Source of the DNA: Guillardia theta CCMP2712
Taxonomy: Eukaryota > Protista > Cryptophyta
Reading direction: 5' to 3'
Assembly (NCBI RefSeq): GCF_000315625.1
Contig: NW_005434628.1
Span: forward strand, 514,362 to 578,361
DNA length: 64,000 nucleotides
Positions 47,601 to 58,121 of the stretch are shown piece by piece; within the stretch, counting starts at the first letter, position 1, and each line of letters begins with the position of its first letter. The notes under the pieces are model-generated. The model saw only the letters and a program-made list of their open reading frames with translations. It was not told the DNA's origin and did no database searches. The translations under genes and the position numbers were made by a program.

Positions 47601-50007
47601 CCGGCCCCGTCAGTAAGGTACAGGAGCGGCAAGCGGGAGGAAAGAAGCCCCACAGTAAGCAGAACACAGCAGGACCAAGGCTCGCGCCCTCTCTACCCCC
47701 CTTCTTCTCTCGCTCTGCTCTCCTGGCCTCCTCTGATCCCCTTGGTCCTGCACCTCCTGCACCTTCCTGCACCTCCTGCACCTCCTGCACCTCCTGCACC
47801 TTCCTGCACCTCCTGCGCCCTCCTGCACCTCCGCTTTCCTTCGGCCTACTGACCTGCATGAGCTGTCCTTCCCGCGACACCGTCCGTGTCCGCTGCAGTT
47901 AACTTTGGCTATGCACCTTCCTTCACACTCGCCGCCGTATCGGTTTCTTGTGCAAGCCTCGCACATCATGCCCGAGTATCCTCCGTAGCACTCGCACCGA
48001 CCTTGCACGCATCGCCTCCCGTCTCCCAGGCAGTCCATGTCGGACCGACATGTTCCGTTGTGATCTGCCGTACTGTTGGCTATGATGTCCGAGCAGTTGG
48101 GTCCTGTGTATCCCCTGAAGCACCTGGACCGACCCCGTCAGTAAGGTACAGGAGCGGCAAGCGGGAGGAAAGAAGACCCCACAGTAAGCAGAACACAGCA
48201 GGACCAAGGCTCGCGCCCTCTCTACCCCCCTTCTTCTCTCGCTCTGCTCTCCGAGCCTCCTCTGATCCCCTTGGTCCTGCACCTCCTGCACCTTCCTGCA
48301 CCTTCCTGCACCTCCTGCACCTCCTGCACCTTCCTGCACCTCCTGCGCCCTCCTGCACCTCCGCTTTCCTTCGGCCTACTGACCTGCATGAGCTGTCCTT
48401 CCCGCGACACCGTCCGTGTCCGCTGCAGTTAACTTTGGCTATGCACCTTCCTTCACACTCGCCGCCGTATCGGTTTCTTGTGCAAGCCTCGCACATCATG
48501 CCCGAGTATCCTCCGTAGCACTCGCACCGACCTTGCACGCATCGCCTCCCGTCTCCCAGGCAGTCCATGTCGGACCGACATGTTCCGTTGTGATCTGCCG
48601 TACTGTTGGCTATGATGTCCGAGCAGTTGGGTCCTGTGTATCCCCTGAAGCACCTGGACCGGCCCCGTCAGTAAGGTACAGGAGCGGCAAGCGGGAGGAA
48701 AGAAGACCCCACAGTAAGCAGAACACAGCAGGACCAAGGCTCGCGCCCTCTCTACCCCCCTTCTTCTCTCGCTCTGCTCTCCTGGCCTCCTCTGATCCCC
48801 TTGGTCCTGCACCTCCTGCACCTTCCTGCACCTCCTGCGCCCTCCTGCACCTCCGCTTTCCTTCGGCCTACTGACCTGCATGAGCTGTCCTTCCCGCGAC
48901 ACCGTCCGTGTCCGCTGCAGTTAACTTTGGCTATGCACCTTCCTTCACACTCGCCGCCGTATCGGTTTCTTGTGCAAGCCTCGCACATCATGCCCGAGTA
49001 TCCTCCGTAGCACTCGCACCGACCTTGCACGCATCGCCTCCCGTCTCCCAGGCAGTCCATGTCGGACCGACATGTTCCGTTGTGATCTGCCGTACTGTTG
49101 GCTATGATGTCCGAGCAGTTGGGTCCTGTGTATCCCCTGAAGCACCTGGACCGGCCCCGTCAGTAAGGTACAGGAGCGGCAAGCGGGAGGAAAGAAGACC
49201 CCACAGTAAGCAGAACACAGCAGGACCAAGGCTCGCGCCCTCTCTACCCCCCTTCTTCTCTCGCTCTGCTCTCCGAGCCTCCTCTGATCCCCTTGGTCCT
49301 GCACCTCCTGCACCTTCCTNNNNNNNNNNNNNNNNNNNNNNNNNNNNNNNNNNNNNNNNNNNNNNNNNNNNNNNNNNNNNNNNNNNNNNNNNNNNNNNNN
49401 NNNNNNNNNNNNNNNNNNNNNNNNNNNNNNNNNNNNNNNNNNNNNNNNNNNNNNNNNNNNNNNNNNNNNNNNNNNNNNNNNNNNNNNNNNNNCGCACATC
49501 ATGCCCGAGTATCCTCCGTAGCACTCGCACCGACCTTGCACGCATCGCCTCCCGTCTCCCAGGCAGTCCATGTCGGACCGACATGTTCCGTTGTGATCTG
49601 CCGTACTGTTGGCTATGATGTCCGAGCAGTTGGGTCCTGTGTATCCCCTGAAGCACCTGGACCGACCCCGTCAGTAAGGTACAGGAGCGGCAAGCGGGAG
49701 GAAAGAAGACCCCACAGTAAGCAGAACACAGCAGGACCAAGGCTCGCGCCCTCTCTACCCCCCTTCTTCTCTCGCTCTGCTCTCCGAGCCTCCTCTGATC
49801 CCCTTGGTCCTGCACCTTCCTGCACCTTCCTGCACCTTCCTGCACCTCCGCTCTCCTTCGGCCTACTGACCTGCATGAGCTGTCCTTCCCGCGACACCGT
49901 CCGTGTCCGCTGCAGTTAACTTTGGCTATGCACCTTCCTTCACACTCGCCGCCGTATCGGTTTCTTGTGCAAGCCTCGCACATCATGCCCGAGTATCCTC
50001 CGTAGCA
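44650..50007 (-). repeat. Tandem array of ~480-570-bp exon+intron units (270-nt EGF exon plus an intron carrying a 9-bp CCTGCACCT minisatellite)
   Basis: Ten acceptors (...TACTGACGGGGYCGGTCCAG|G) and ten visible donors (CAG|GTCAGT), with an eleventh donor presumed in the N gap. Example exon 45042-44773 is 270 nt. Confidence 0.95.
49320..49492. other. Assembly gap (N run) inside the exon array
   Basis: Run of n characters. Confidence 1.
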
Positions 50008-51030
50008 TTGGCATGTTCCTGAATGACACATTGTTCTGTTTGTATGGATGCAATCTAGATTGGATGCACAAGTGTTTTGTGCTGATCGCAATGTCAATTT
50101 TTGCTTTGTTCTTTGCGGAAGATGTTTGTATTTCATTTCAAGACTGGGCGTCAATTTTTCAATCAGATATTTCATCTTCAAGGTTTCTTTTTCCTGTCTC
50201 TGATTGTTATCTTCGATTTGGATACAAACTTGCAGTATGCTCAGGATTATGATTCCCTTCAGCTTCATGTTCATTCTCTATCCGCGCATGTGGATGCCTC
50301 GTGTTTGACCACAAGAAGGATCGGCTGGCTCAATTTTAGGTTGAGGGATGTACGTTGTTGAATTTGCTCTCGGGCCTTGCAATATTTGCTATACCAAGAC
50401 TACATGGATCAATTGCCCTTTGAGCTTTCTTTACAAGGTTGCTTTAGCATTATAGCTAGCTCGCCAACCACGGATAGAATATCAGGATCATACAGTCAAA
50501 GGGTCCTGCTGGAGATGGGGGTGGACAGATCTACACAAGGGCCTACTGATCCAACACTTGTTCAACAGGAGCCGGGTACTCTTTCGGAAATCGAAGGGTA
50601 GGGGTCCCTCCCCAGGTCTCTTTGAAGCGTTCGGAGAGTACAGGGGTACAGGTAATGCAAAACGAAAATAGACTCTTTGAGGAAATCTTTTTTTGACCAC
50701 AAAGCAGAACGACGCATGTTTACACAAGCCAACATTCCGGTGCACGGACCTAGCGGAGCCCAGCTGCTATATAAATATTTAGAAACTAAAATCATTTTTT
50801 GCTTGCCTTTCTGAGTCGAGTTGATTGTGCCCATACGAAATTAGGGAAGATACACTGCAATCAGACACACTTGCACATATTGCCTCAAGACCACTCCAGA
50901 TGCGATTTCAAGTTCCCTTAAAGTATTAAAGGGAGCTAGATGGCCTCCCTGAGCCACACACAACCTATCGGATATTCGTTAGATACTTTTGTTGGCCGAC
51001 TATTGTTTGCTCCGGTTTGCCTTTTTAATT

Positions 51031-52104
51031 TCAGTCATTAAAAGAAAACAGTTGCAGATCTTTGTTTGCTCCCCATGGAACAAAGGTTTCTTTACCCTCA
51101 TGATAGATGAAGCAGAAGTAAGCATCATCATGAACCGACGAAGCAGCAGCGCAGCTATGGTCGTTTACGCAAACCCATGATTCGAAATCTTCGTCCATCA
51201 TTTGACCCAGTCCACCTGTCACGAATTCCTGATTCATCTCGCCTTCAATAATCTCGGACCAAGAATACGGCATCGTACAGTTTGAATATTCCTCCCAGAA
51301 GTTGCCAGTCCAATTCGAATTGACTGATCGTAAATCTGGTTCCACAGGTGTGTTGGGCACACATGTGATGTTATTCGAGGAGAGCAGGGCCTTGTGATAC
51401 CCCTGTTTGCATTCCCAGTCACAGCCAAAAGTGTAGCTAGAAAAACTGGGGATACTGATACTGCAATCCACACATTGACTCGAAGTCGTTACAGATCCAG
51501 TGAAGGTACAAACGAAAGGGAGTAGAAACCAAGATGGATTGTCATTTATCCAGTAGTGTGTTTTGTTTCGAGGAAGCCTGACAAAGGAGTTAGGGCCCCA
51601 TACAGAGCCAACCAGCGCAAGATAGTCCTCAGAACCCGCATCTGATGGATGGAAACGTATCGCCGACGCATTAAAGGGAGATCCATCTGTCCACTTAAAG
51701 TCCCCTTCGAGCAATCTATCTGTCCCTCCAATCCACACAAACACGCAGGAATAAATCACAGTGCAATCAGACACTTGCACATATTGCCTCAAGACCACGT
51801 CGGATGCGATTTCAAGTTCCCTAAAAGTACTTAAGGAAGCTAGATGGCCACCCTGAGCCACACAGCTTGACTCTGCATTTGACCAAGTTTTCAGGGTGTT
51901 ATAAAGTTTAAAGCATTTAAATTCCTGTTTGCTTGCATCCTTGACGACACAGTCATGAATTCCAAATTGTAGAGCTTTGCCTAAGCTCATAGTCACATCA
52001 ATTGTTGTTCCAGGAGGACATATAGTATTGTTTGAGCCTTCAGTGATGATACTCGACAGAGCGCTCAAAATGTGATTGGAGATTACAAGAAGTGCGAGTA
52101 TCAT
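51031..52104 (-). CDS. Secreted C-type lectin-like domain protein (possibly the 5' part of the Cys-rich membrane locus)
   Basis: Hydrophobic start MILALLVISNHILSALS. CTLD motifs CFKLYNTLKTWSNAESSCVAQGGHLASL, VWIGGTD, EGDFKWTDGSP and PFVC, then a CDWECKQGY module. Confidence 0.82.
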   Translation of the reverse strand: MILALLVISNHILSALSSIITEGSNNTICPPGTTIDVTMSLGKALQFGIHDCVVKDASKQEFKCFKLYNTLKTWSNAESSCVAQGGHLASLSTFRELEIASDVVLRQYVQVSDCTVIYSCVFVWIGGTDRLLEGDFKWTDGSPFNASAIRFHPSDAGSEDYLALVGSVWGPNSFVRLPRNKTHYWINDNPSWFLLPFVCTFTGSVTTSSQCVDCSISIPSFSSYTFGCDWECKQGYHKALLSSNNITCVPNTPVEPDLRSVNSNWTGNFWEEYSNCTMPYSWSEIIEGEMNQEFVTGGLGQMMDEDFESWVCVNDHSCAAASSVHDDAYFCFIYHEGKETFVPWGANKDLQLFSFND

Positions 52105-52309
52105 CTGCCAGGACGGCCAAGTTTTGCTACAGCGCTTCTAGGATTGAGATGCCCAAGGTGGATGACCAGGTAGAAGACCAGGTTGCCTCCTTCCTTGTTG
52201 GCCCCGCCGTTGTCATTACTACTGTTCAGCATTATGTGTTGTAAAGACGCTAAAACTATTTAGTTCTGTTGGTCATCAATAGGTCCGCCAATGCATTCTA
52301 TTCGTGGTT

Positions 52310-53050
52310 GGCCGCGGTCGGAGCTCCGGCATGGGCGCCGTGACACGCGATCATTAGGCAACTCACAGTAAAGGTCCAGTACTTTTTTAGAGTTGTTTTA
52401 GAGTAGTAATAATCAACGACTGTCTCAGTTAAGTGAAAAATCAGTACGAGGACACTCTCAGTGTGTGTATACAGCCGTTAACTAACGTACCGTCACGGGC
52501 CCCGCGGCCGGGACTGAGTATGAGTCAAGTTAGTTGGACTCACCGTGGCATCACCCTGACCGTCACCGGCGTGGCACTGCGGCACGCCGTCGGACAGTCG
52601 AATCACATTATCGGATGCCTACAGTATCATGTCACTTGAGTTAGTGTAGCTCCAGGCCTCCCTCAGTGTCCTGCGCTGCCATCACAGAGTCGCGGGGCGG
52701 TGCATTCCGGTATCATGGTATCACGTTTTTGGCATTCCGAGGCTTCGGCCACAGCCCGCGGCCGGGCGCTGGCCGACCGTACATCGCCGCTCAGCCGACA
52801 TCCCGCCGGCGGCGCGGCGCGCGGCCGGCCGCCGGCCCGGACCGGAAGTTCATTGAAACCGTACCGTTGAACTTCAAGCGAGTCAACGGACAATTCCCGG
52901 CCGCCGGGCGGGAATCGGATCTCTTCCTTTACTCAAATCTCATTGAATTGGGCCTGCGCGCACCGTCACTGTTAATTGAACTTGGAAGGTTCGCCGGGCC
53001 CGAACGCCGTCGGAAGGCCGCGGCGGCTGAGAGTCCGAGCGGAGTCACAC
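52310..53050. promoter_or_regulatory. GGCC/CCGG islands upstream of the lectin gene
   Basis: GCCCGCGGCCGGG, CGCGGCGCGCGGCCGGCCGCCGGCCCGG, and CTGAGT/TGAGTC/GTCAC words. Confidence 0.35.
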
Positions 53051-54329
53051 ACCCGGAGATGCCAAGTTCGGTATCGGGGATGGGTATGATACTTGTTACG
53101 GTTATGGAGTGGTAGCCAGCTTGGGGTAGCTGTCGCCATGTCCTCTTGAAGCTCTCCCACCCAGCTTCCCTGGGGAGGTGAAGGAGCCTGGCAAAGGGTT
53201 TTCTTCTGCTAGCATCTTGTCCTCTATGGCATGTAGAGTTGATATTGTCCCCGGTTTTGTCTTGTTGTCGATCATTTCCCAGCTAATTGTTGTCTTCATT
53301 CTCTCTGCTATCCATAGTGCAATTCTTTCGGGGCCCCTGACCTCGTCATTTTGCTTTGTAGTTGAGCTATCGTTTGGCACCCCCACTGGGTACACCAAGC
53401 CTTTCACTAAGTAATACCCTAAACCCGTAAACGGAGAGAGAGAGAGAAGAGAAGACAGGACCCCATGCTTTATATACAGCCTGATAACCAGGGGTAGTAT
53501 TGCCCCCCGGGCCCCCCGAGGATGCTTCCTCTGGTCCGATTCCATCAAATATTCAGTGACGGGCCGGCGTAATGGAGTACCGTACCGTTGCTCCAAAACA
53601 GTTACAATTTATCACTGAGTCTCGGCTCGGCAAGTCTGGGCTCTAATACGATCATTTGGCGGGCCCGGCGTGCTGAGCACACAGTAAAGTGCTATTGGCA
53701 CGGTGACCTGGTCAGGGTCGAGGCCCAGTACTGTCATATAAAAGTTAAGTGTCTGACAGATGCCGGACACGAGCATAAGGTCTTGTCCGGCAGGGAGGGC
53801 AAAGTTGAGTAAATATTTTGTCCTGCATCTTCAATGAATGCCAAATAATACCTTTGGAAAGCAGGGCATGATTTTACTAGGGTACTTGAAGTATTTAGTA
53901 GGGGTAGCATAAAAATTATGCTACTTATAACAATTCTTATATAACAGATGCCGGACAAACCAATTAGTGCATTAGTTTTACTCAACTTTGGAACCTCTAA
54001 TTGCTCCTACCCCCTTGCCCTGCACTGTCCGATCTTATAGAAATGTGTGGCCCCACCACCCCACCCCCTTCCACAAACAGCTTCGCGCCATTCATGGCTT
54101 CTTCACACACATGCTTGTTTGGCAATCAATGCAAGGTACATGATGAAAGCATTCGATTGTATCAATGCTGAAGATGCAAGCCTGATGTGCCATCATCTTT
54201 GCGTGAATGAATATGTTGATTCGGAAGGATACACCAGCTGTGAGTGTGAGCAACGTGGGAAAACAGCCATTCCATCAATTCCTCAAGATGCACTTGCTTG
54301 CAAGAAGTCATGTAGAAGGATCTAATCAT

Positions 54330-55792
54330 GGCACAGAGTGGATGATGATGATGATGATGTGATTTTGATGATGCTGAGGAGGTGGTGGTGGTGGAGCACG
54401 AGCTGGAGCACATGCAACAGGACGAGGACGAGGAGAGGACGAGGACCGTACGGAGAAGAAGGGTGCCTTTGGGGAATGGAATCTGTAAGAGATTGGATGG
54501 GAAAGAGATTGGATCTGTAAGAGATTGGTCAACCCGAAGACCTCCTCTTGGAATTCTGTAAGCCAACTGATTACTTGTGTGAGAAGAGAGCATGTTGCTT
54601 GTCAGCTTCGGAGTTGAGCACGAAATCGCAGTCCAACCCCTGAGAAGATCAAGAGTTGCTGGCAAGACGGGGGTTGGTTTCTTTGTACATGAGGAAATGC
54701 TCGCACCAGCAAATGTCTTCGTTGCTGATAATGAAGCAAAAAGCTACTTGAAGTTTCAGTCAAACATGTCTCTAAGGTCTGGCGTCAGGCATGTTTACAG
54801 AAGGAACAACCACTCAAAGACTTTCGGTGGAAGATTGATACAACCATATATTGGAGTCCTACAAAGGTCTTCATAGATGAGGCGGCAGATGGTGTCACGA
54901 AACTCAGCTCGGGAAAGGATGCAAATCCGTTGACGGAAGAGAATTACATATGCATCTGCATAGGCATAAGAAGATAGGATCGTGGGCAGCCTGACATATG
55001 TCACATTGAGTTGGGATGTCATCTGTAGATCCGTGAATACGGTTCAGATCCTGCTGCATGCAACACATCTGATGGCAAGATGATCATATGTTCGTTGGTG
55101 TTCCGAGCCTGGAGGATTTGAAACGCAACATTGCAGAAAACAACGATTCAGTCGCAGGCATGCTGAAGGAGATCCCGGAGATAGGGCAACATGCGACAGA
55201 ACACCAGGAACAGGAAGAGGAACCTGACCTCGGAGACGTAAAAGCTGGCGCACTGCTGAATCGGAGCACTGTACAGTGTGTCAATGGCGATCGAGCTGGC
55301 GTTCGTCACACTGTGACTCAGACTGATCAAGCTGATCTGAAAACGATTCGAATTTCTGGTGAAGCGAAATGTTTCAACAGTGCATGGAATCTGTATCACT
55401 CTGGCAAACATGCCAAAGGGATACCTCCTTCGGAGAAACTGCAACGAGCAAATTTTAACAGAGCATGAAGCAAATGGTTTGCAGGCATAGCTTATCTCAT
55501 GAAGTGCTTTGACCAATTCATCCGGCGAAGTGTAATGGAACTGAATTCCTTCTTTTTTATAGTCGGTGAGAATCTTTGATGTTTTTAAGGCCGAGATGAA
55601 ACATTCAAGAAATATCCAAAGGATTTCATCTCGTGGCTCAATCAGAGAGAAGGGGCAGAGAGCTCAAGTGATAGGAGTGGGCAGTTTGCACAGGCAACGT
55701 ACTTCAAGAAAATGCGAAAGAAAGAAGCAACGCGACTAGATGAGATCAGGTGGTCGTTCGAAATGCGAATGATAACGAGACTGATGGCTTAG
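54330..55792 (+). mobile_element. Degenerate, internally deleted Crypton-type (tyrosine recombinase) DNA transposon relic
   Basis: Across frameshifts, in order: YLKFQSNMSLRSGVRHVYRRN, LESYKGLHR, KLSSGKDANPLTEENYICIC, YVTLSWDVICRSVNTVQILLH (Arg codon 55027-55029), then C-terminal AWNLYHSGKHAKGIPPSEKL...YLMKCFD. Matched from recalled Crypton motifs; not searched. Confidence 0.7.
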
Positions 55793-56251
55793 ATTTTGCC
55801 TGTAATTGGATGGTTTAAGGTTTGCAAAACATATAATTCATTGTCAAGTGACAGTGAGTGATATCATAAGTTGTAATAAACACAAGTTGCTCTGGTAAAT
55901 CTTGTGAAACCTCGTTAGACGTTGCTCAGTTCTGGGTCAAGCAGCGAGATGGAGCTCAGAAATTTGGCTAAGTGTTTTTGAGTCTTGGACCTCTGAGGCG
56001 GGTGTGTAAGTGTTTGAGGGTAGGGAGGGTGGGTGGGTGAGGTCCTAAACTGGTCTTTGGGTGGGGTAGGGGTCATATTCGGAAGAAGTTTATGTGAATG
56101 AGCACTAAACCTCTCAAAAAACTACAAAAGTGTATATATTTGTCCGGACTATATCTTACACCTCTAAGTTAAAAAGAAAGCGGCTAATGCACATGAGATG
56201 AGCCAGGGATATTGAAGTCCTTCAGTACGCGCTGAAAGAGTGTAGGTAGAC

Positions 56252-57453
56252 ATGCAGAGAAACATGTTCTTCGTGATGTATCTCATACTAAGCATCATCC
56301 CTCTGCATGGTGAATCAACACAGTGTTCTCCATTCATCTTGCCAATGCCGAAGAGAATCGTTGCTGTCGGAGATTTGCATGGAGACATTCATGCGACAAG
56401 GCAGGCCTTGCGACTAGCTGGGGTTTTGCATATGAAGCGAGATGAATGGATCGGAGGAGATACATTCCTGGTGCAGGTAGAGTATGTGTTTCCTTGAGAA
56501 TGATTGACGTGACAAGTATAAACAGGTTGGAGATCAAGTTGATAGGGGGGATGATGAAATTCAGGTGATGTCGCTTTTGCATCGCTTGGGCAAGCAAGCG
56601 CGAGCCGAAGGAGGGAGGGTTGAGGTTCTTGTCGGGAACCATGAGCTAATGAGCGCACAAGGAAACTTCAGATACGCCACCAAGGGAGCTATGAGGAACT
56701 TTCAAAGGTGGTCGAGTATATGTCGTATCAAACGATTGATGCCACCTTTCTTGTCACGTCATTTTGGTTGTGATATCTACCATGGCATGGAGGATTGTGG
56801 AGATGATAGTATATGCACTCGGAGGCTAGACAAACTTGAATCTGACGCTCGTGCAAGATATCTTTCCTTGAGATCTGGAGGGACGTTTGCATCAAAGTTT
56901 CTCGCCGAAGAGCGAAAGGCAATCCTGATTGTTGGTGACACGGTGTTTGTGCATGCTGGTCTCCTTCACAAACACTTTAAAGGAGAGATATCATCGACGG
57001 AAGCAATCAATGTATTGAATCAAGAGGTGGCTGCCTTCTTGAAAGGCGAAAGGCGAGCTCCTCCTTCAAAAACATGGGGGAATGATGGAATATTGTGGAC
57101 TCGACGATTCTCAAAGATCGATTTGTGTACGGACACTTGCAAACAACTTAAGAAAACCCTAAATCGACTTCCAGGAAACGTGAGGAGAATGGTGGTGAGT
57201 GTTCTTTCCTTGTGAAATTTCCTTCAATGCCGGTTTCTGTCAGGTCGGACACAGCGTACAGCGAGATGGTATCAGTCCTGCTTGTGATGCATCGGTTTGG
57301 CGGATTGACGTTGGTATGAGCAAGGGCGTTCTAGCAACTTCTCCGCAGGTATCTCAGATTTTGGTTGAAAATCTCTCTCATGCTGATCCACAGGTGCTTG
57401 AAATCAAGCAAGATGGCAGCGTGAACATCCTTGGAAAATCGATTGAGACTTGA
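56252..57453 (+). CDS. Shewanella-like protein phosphatase (SLP/Shelph, PPP metallophosphoesterase) with a signal peptide
   Basis: IVAVGDLHGD, LVQ|VGDQVDRG, VGNHELM, VFVHAGL, GILWTR, RMVV|GHSVQ, and the SLP-type RIDVGMS motif, then VLEI. Confidence 0.93.
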
Positions 57454-57858
57454 GAATCATCCGATGGATATGGTTTTGCTAGAATCAAATTTGAATCATG
57501 AATAGTTTGTGGATGATTGTTTTTGAGTAATTTGACATGTGAAAGTCTCTGCAACTACTGCATGGGTAATGTTGATTTCCTGATTCTACGCAAGCCGAGG
57601 AGCTATTTGATGTTGCAATCGATGCTGTATGACAATTTTCAGATTGTTTGACGAATTCAAAGAATCCAAACTTGAATAGTCGAGTTGGCACACAGTTACG
57701 TTTCAGTGCATTTCCTGATGTGTTCAAGGATATCTTCTGGCATTTTCATGAGAGAACTGAGTGATGCATTCAGTTTGGAATGAGTGATCGTCAGGAGGGG
57801 GTAGATCAATATGATTTCTAATTGCATAGAAATCTCTACATTGCAGTATGATAACCAT

Positions 57859-58121
57859 TTAGGGGTTGTTCATAGTGCCACTCCAATTACCAGCCTCGGA
57901 GATCACAGCAGGGGCAGCGTTGCATGCAACATCCCCAGCAACGCAGGAGTAAGCCTCGATCTCAGAGTGGGTGTAGGTAGACATCTCCACGGGACCACTC
58001 CAGTACTTGGAGACGGTAGGGGTCACGTCTGAGGTGAAAGATTACATGGTTTCACTTTGCAGCCAACTTTCGCAGTTTTACCATTGAAGAGGGAAACGTA
58101 GCAGCGAATGTCCTGAAACAT
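57859..58121 (-). CDS. Small 69-aa protein of unknown function (exons 58121-58082 and 58028-57859)
   Basis: A 53-nt GT-AG intron gives MFQDIRCYVSLFNDVTPTVSKYWSGPVEMSTYTHSEIEAYSCVAGDVACNAAPAVISEAGNWSGTMNNP*, with strongly biased codons (TAC, TCC, ATC, GCT, AAC). Confidence 0.6.

Larger units (their letters stand above)
40026..50274 (-). pseudogene. Very large Cys-rich type I membrane protein (signal peptide, EGF-like array, GCC2/GCC3 ephrin-receptor-like repeats, TM), disrupted as assembled
   Basis: Signal-like start MKLKGIIILSILQVCIQ, EGF-type exons, CxxCPxGxY...CxxCPxxSxS..GS....CxC repeats, and TM LHVILSIVGASCGSLILVFAL followed by RRNK. Frame breaks near 45390, 44580-44650, 42308 and 40040 may be real or assembly errors. 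Confidence 0.75.

Noticed and set aside
44493-49919. Dozens of overlapping ORFs (MSAAVNFG..., MSREGQLM..., MQEGAGG...) as separate genes
   Set aside because: They are antisense or intron-readthrough frames of the repeated EGF exon unit.
44650-50007. CRISPR-like or diversity-cassette interpretation of the regular array
   Set aside because: The units are ~500 bp exon+intron repeats. The variable part is minisatellite length rather than unique spacers, the exons are essentially identical so they offer no sequence repertoire, and there are no cas genes.
57859-58121. Ejectisome (Tri/RebB-like) identity for the small protein
   Set aside because: No resemblance to the Gln/Thr/Ala-rich Reb pattern as I recall it.
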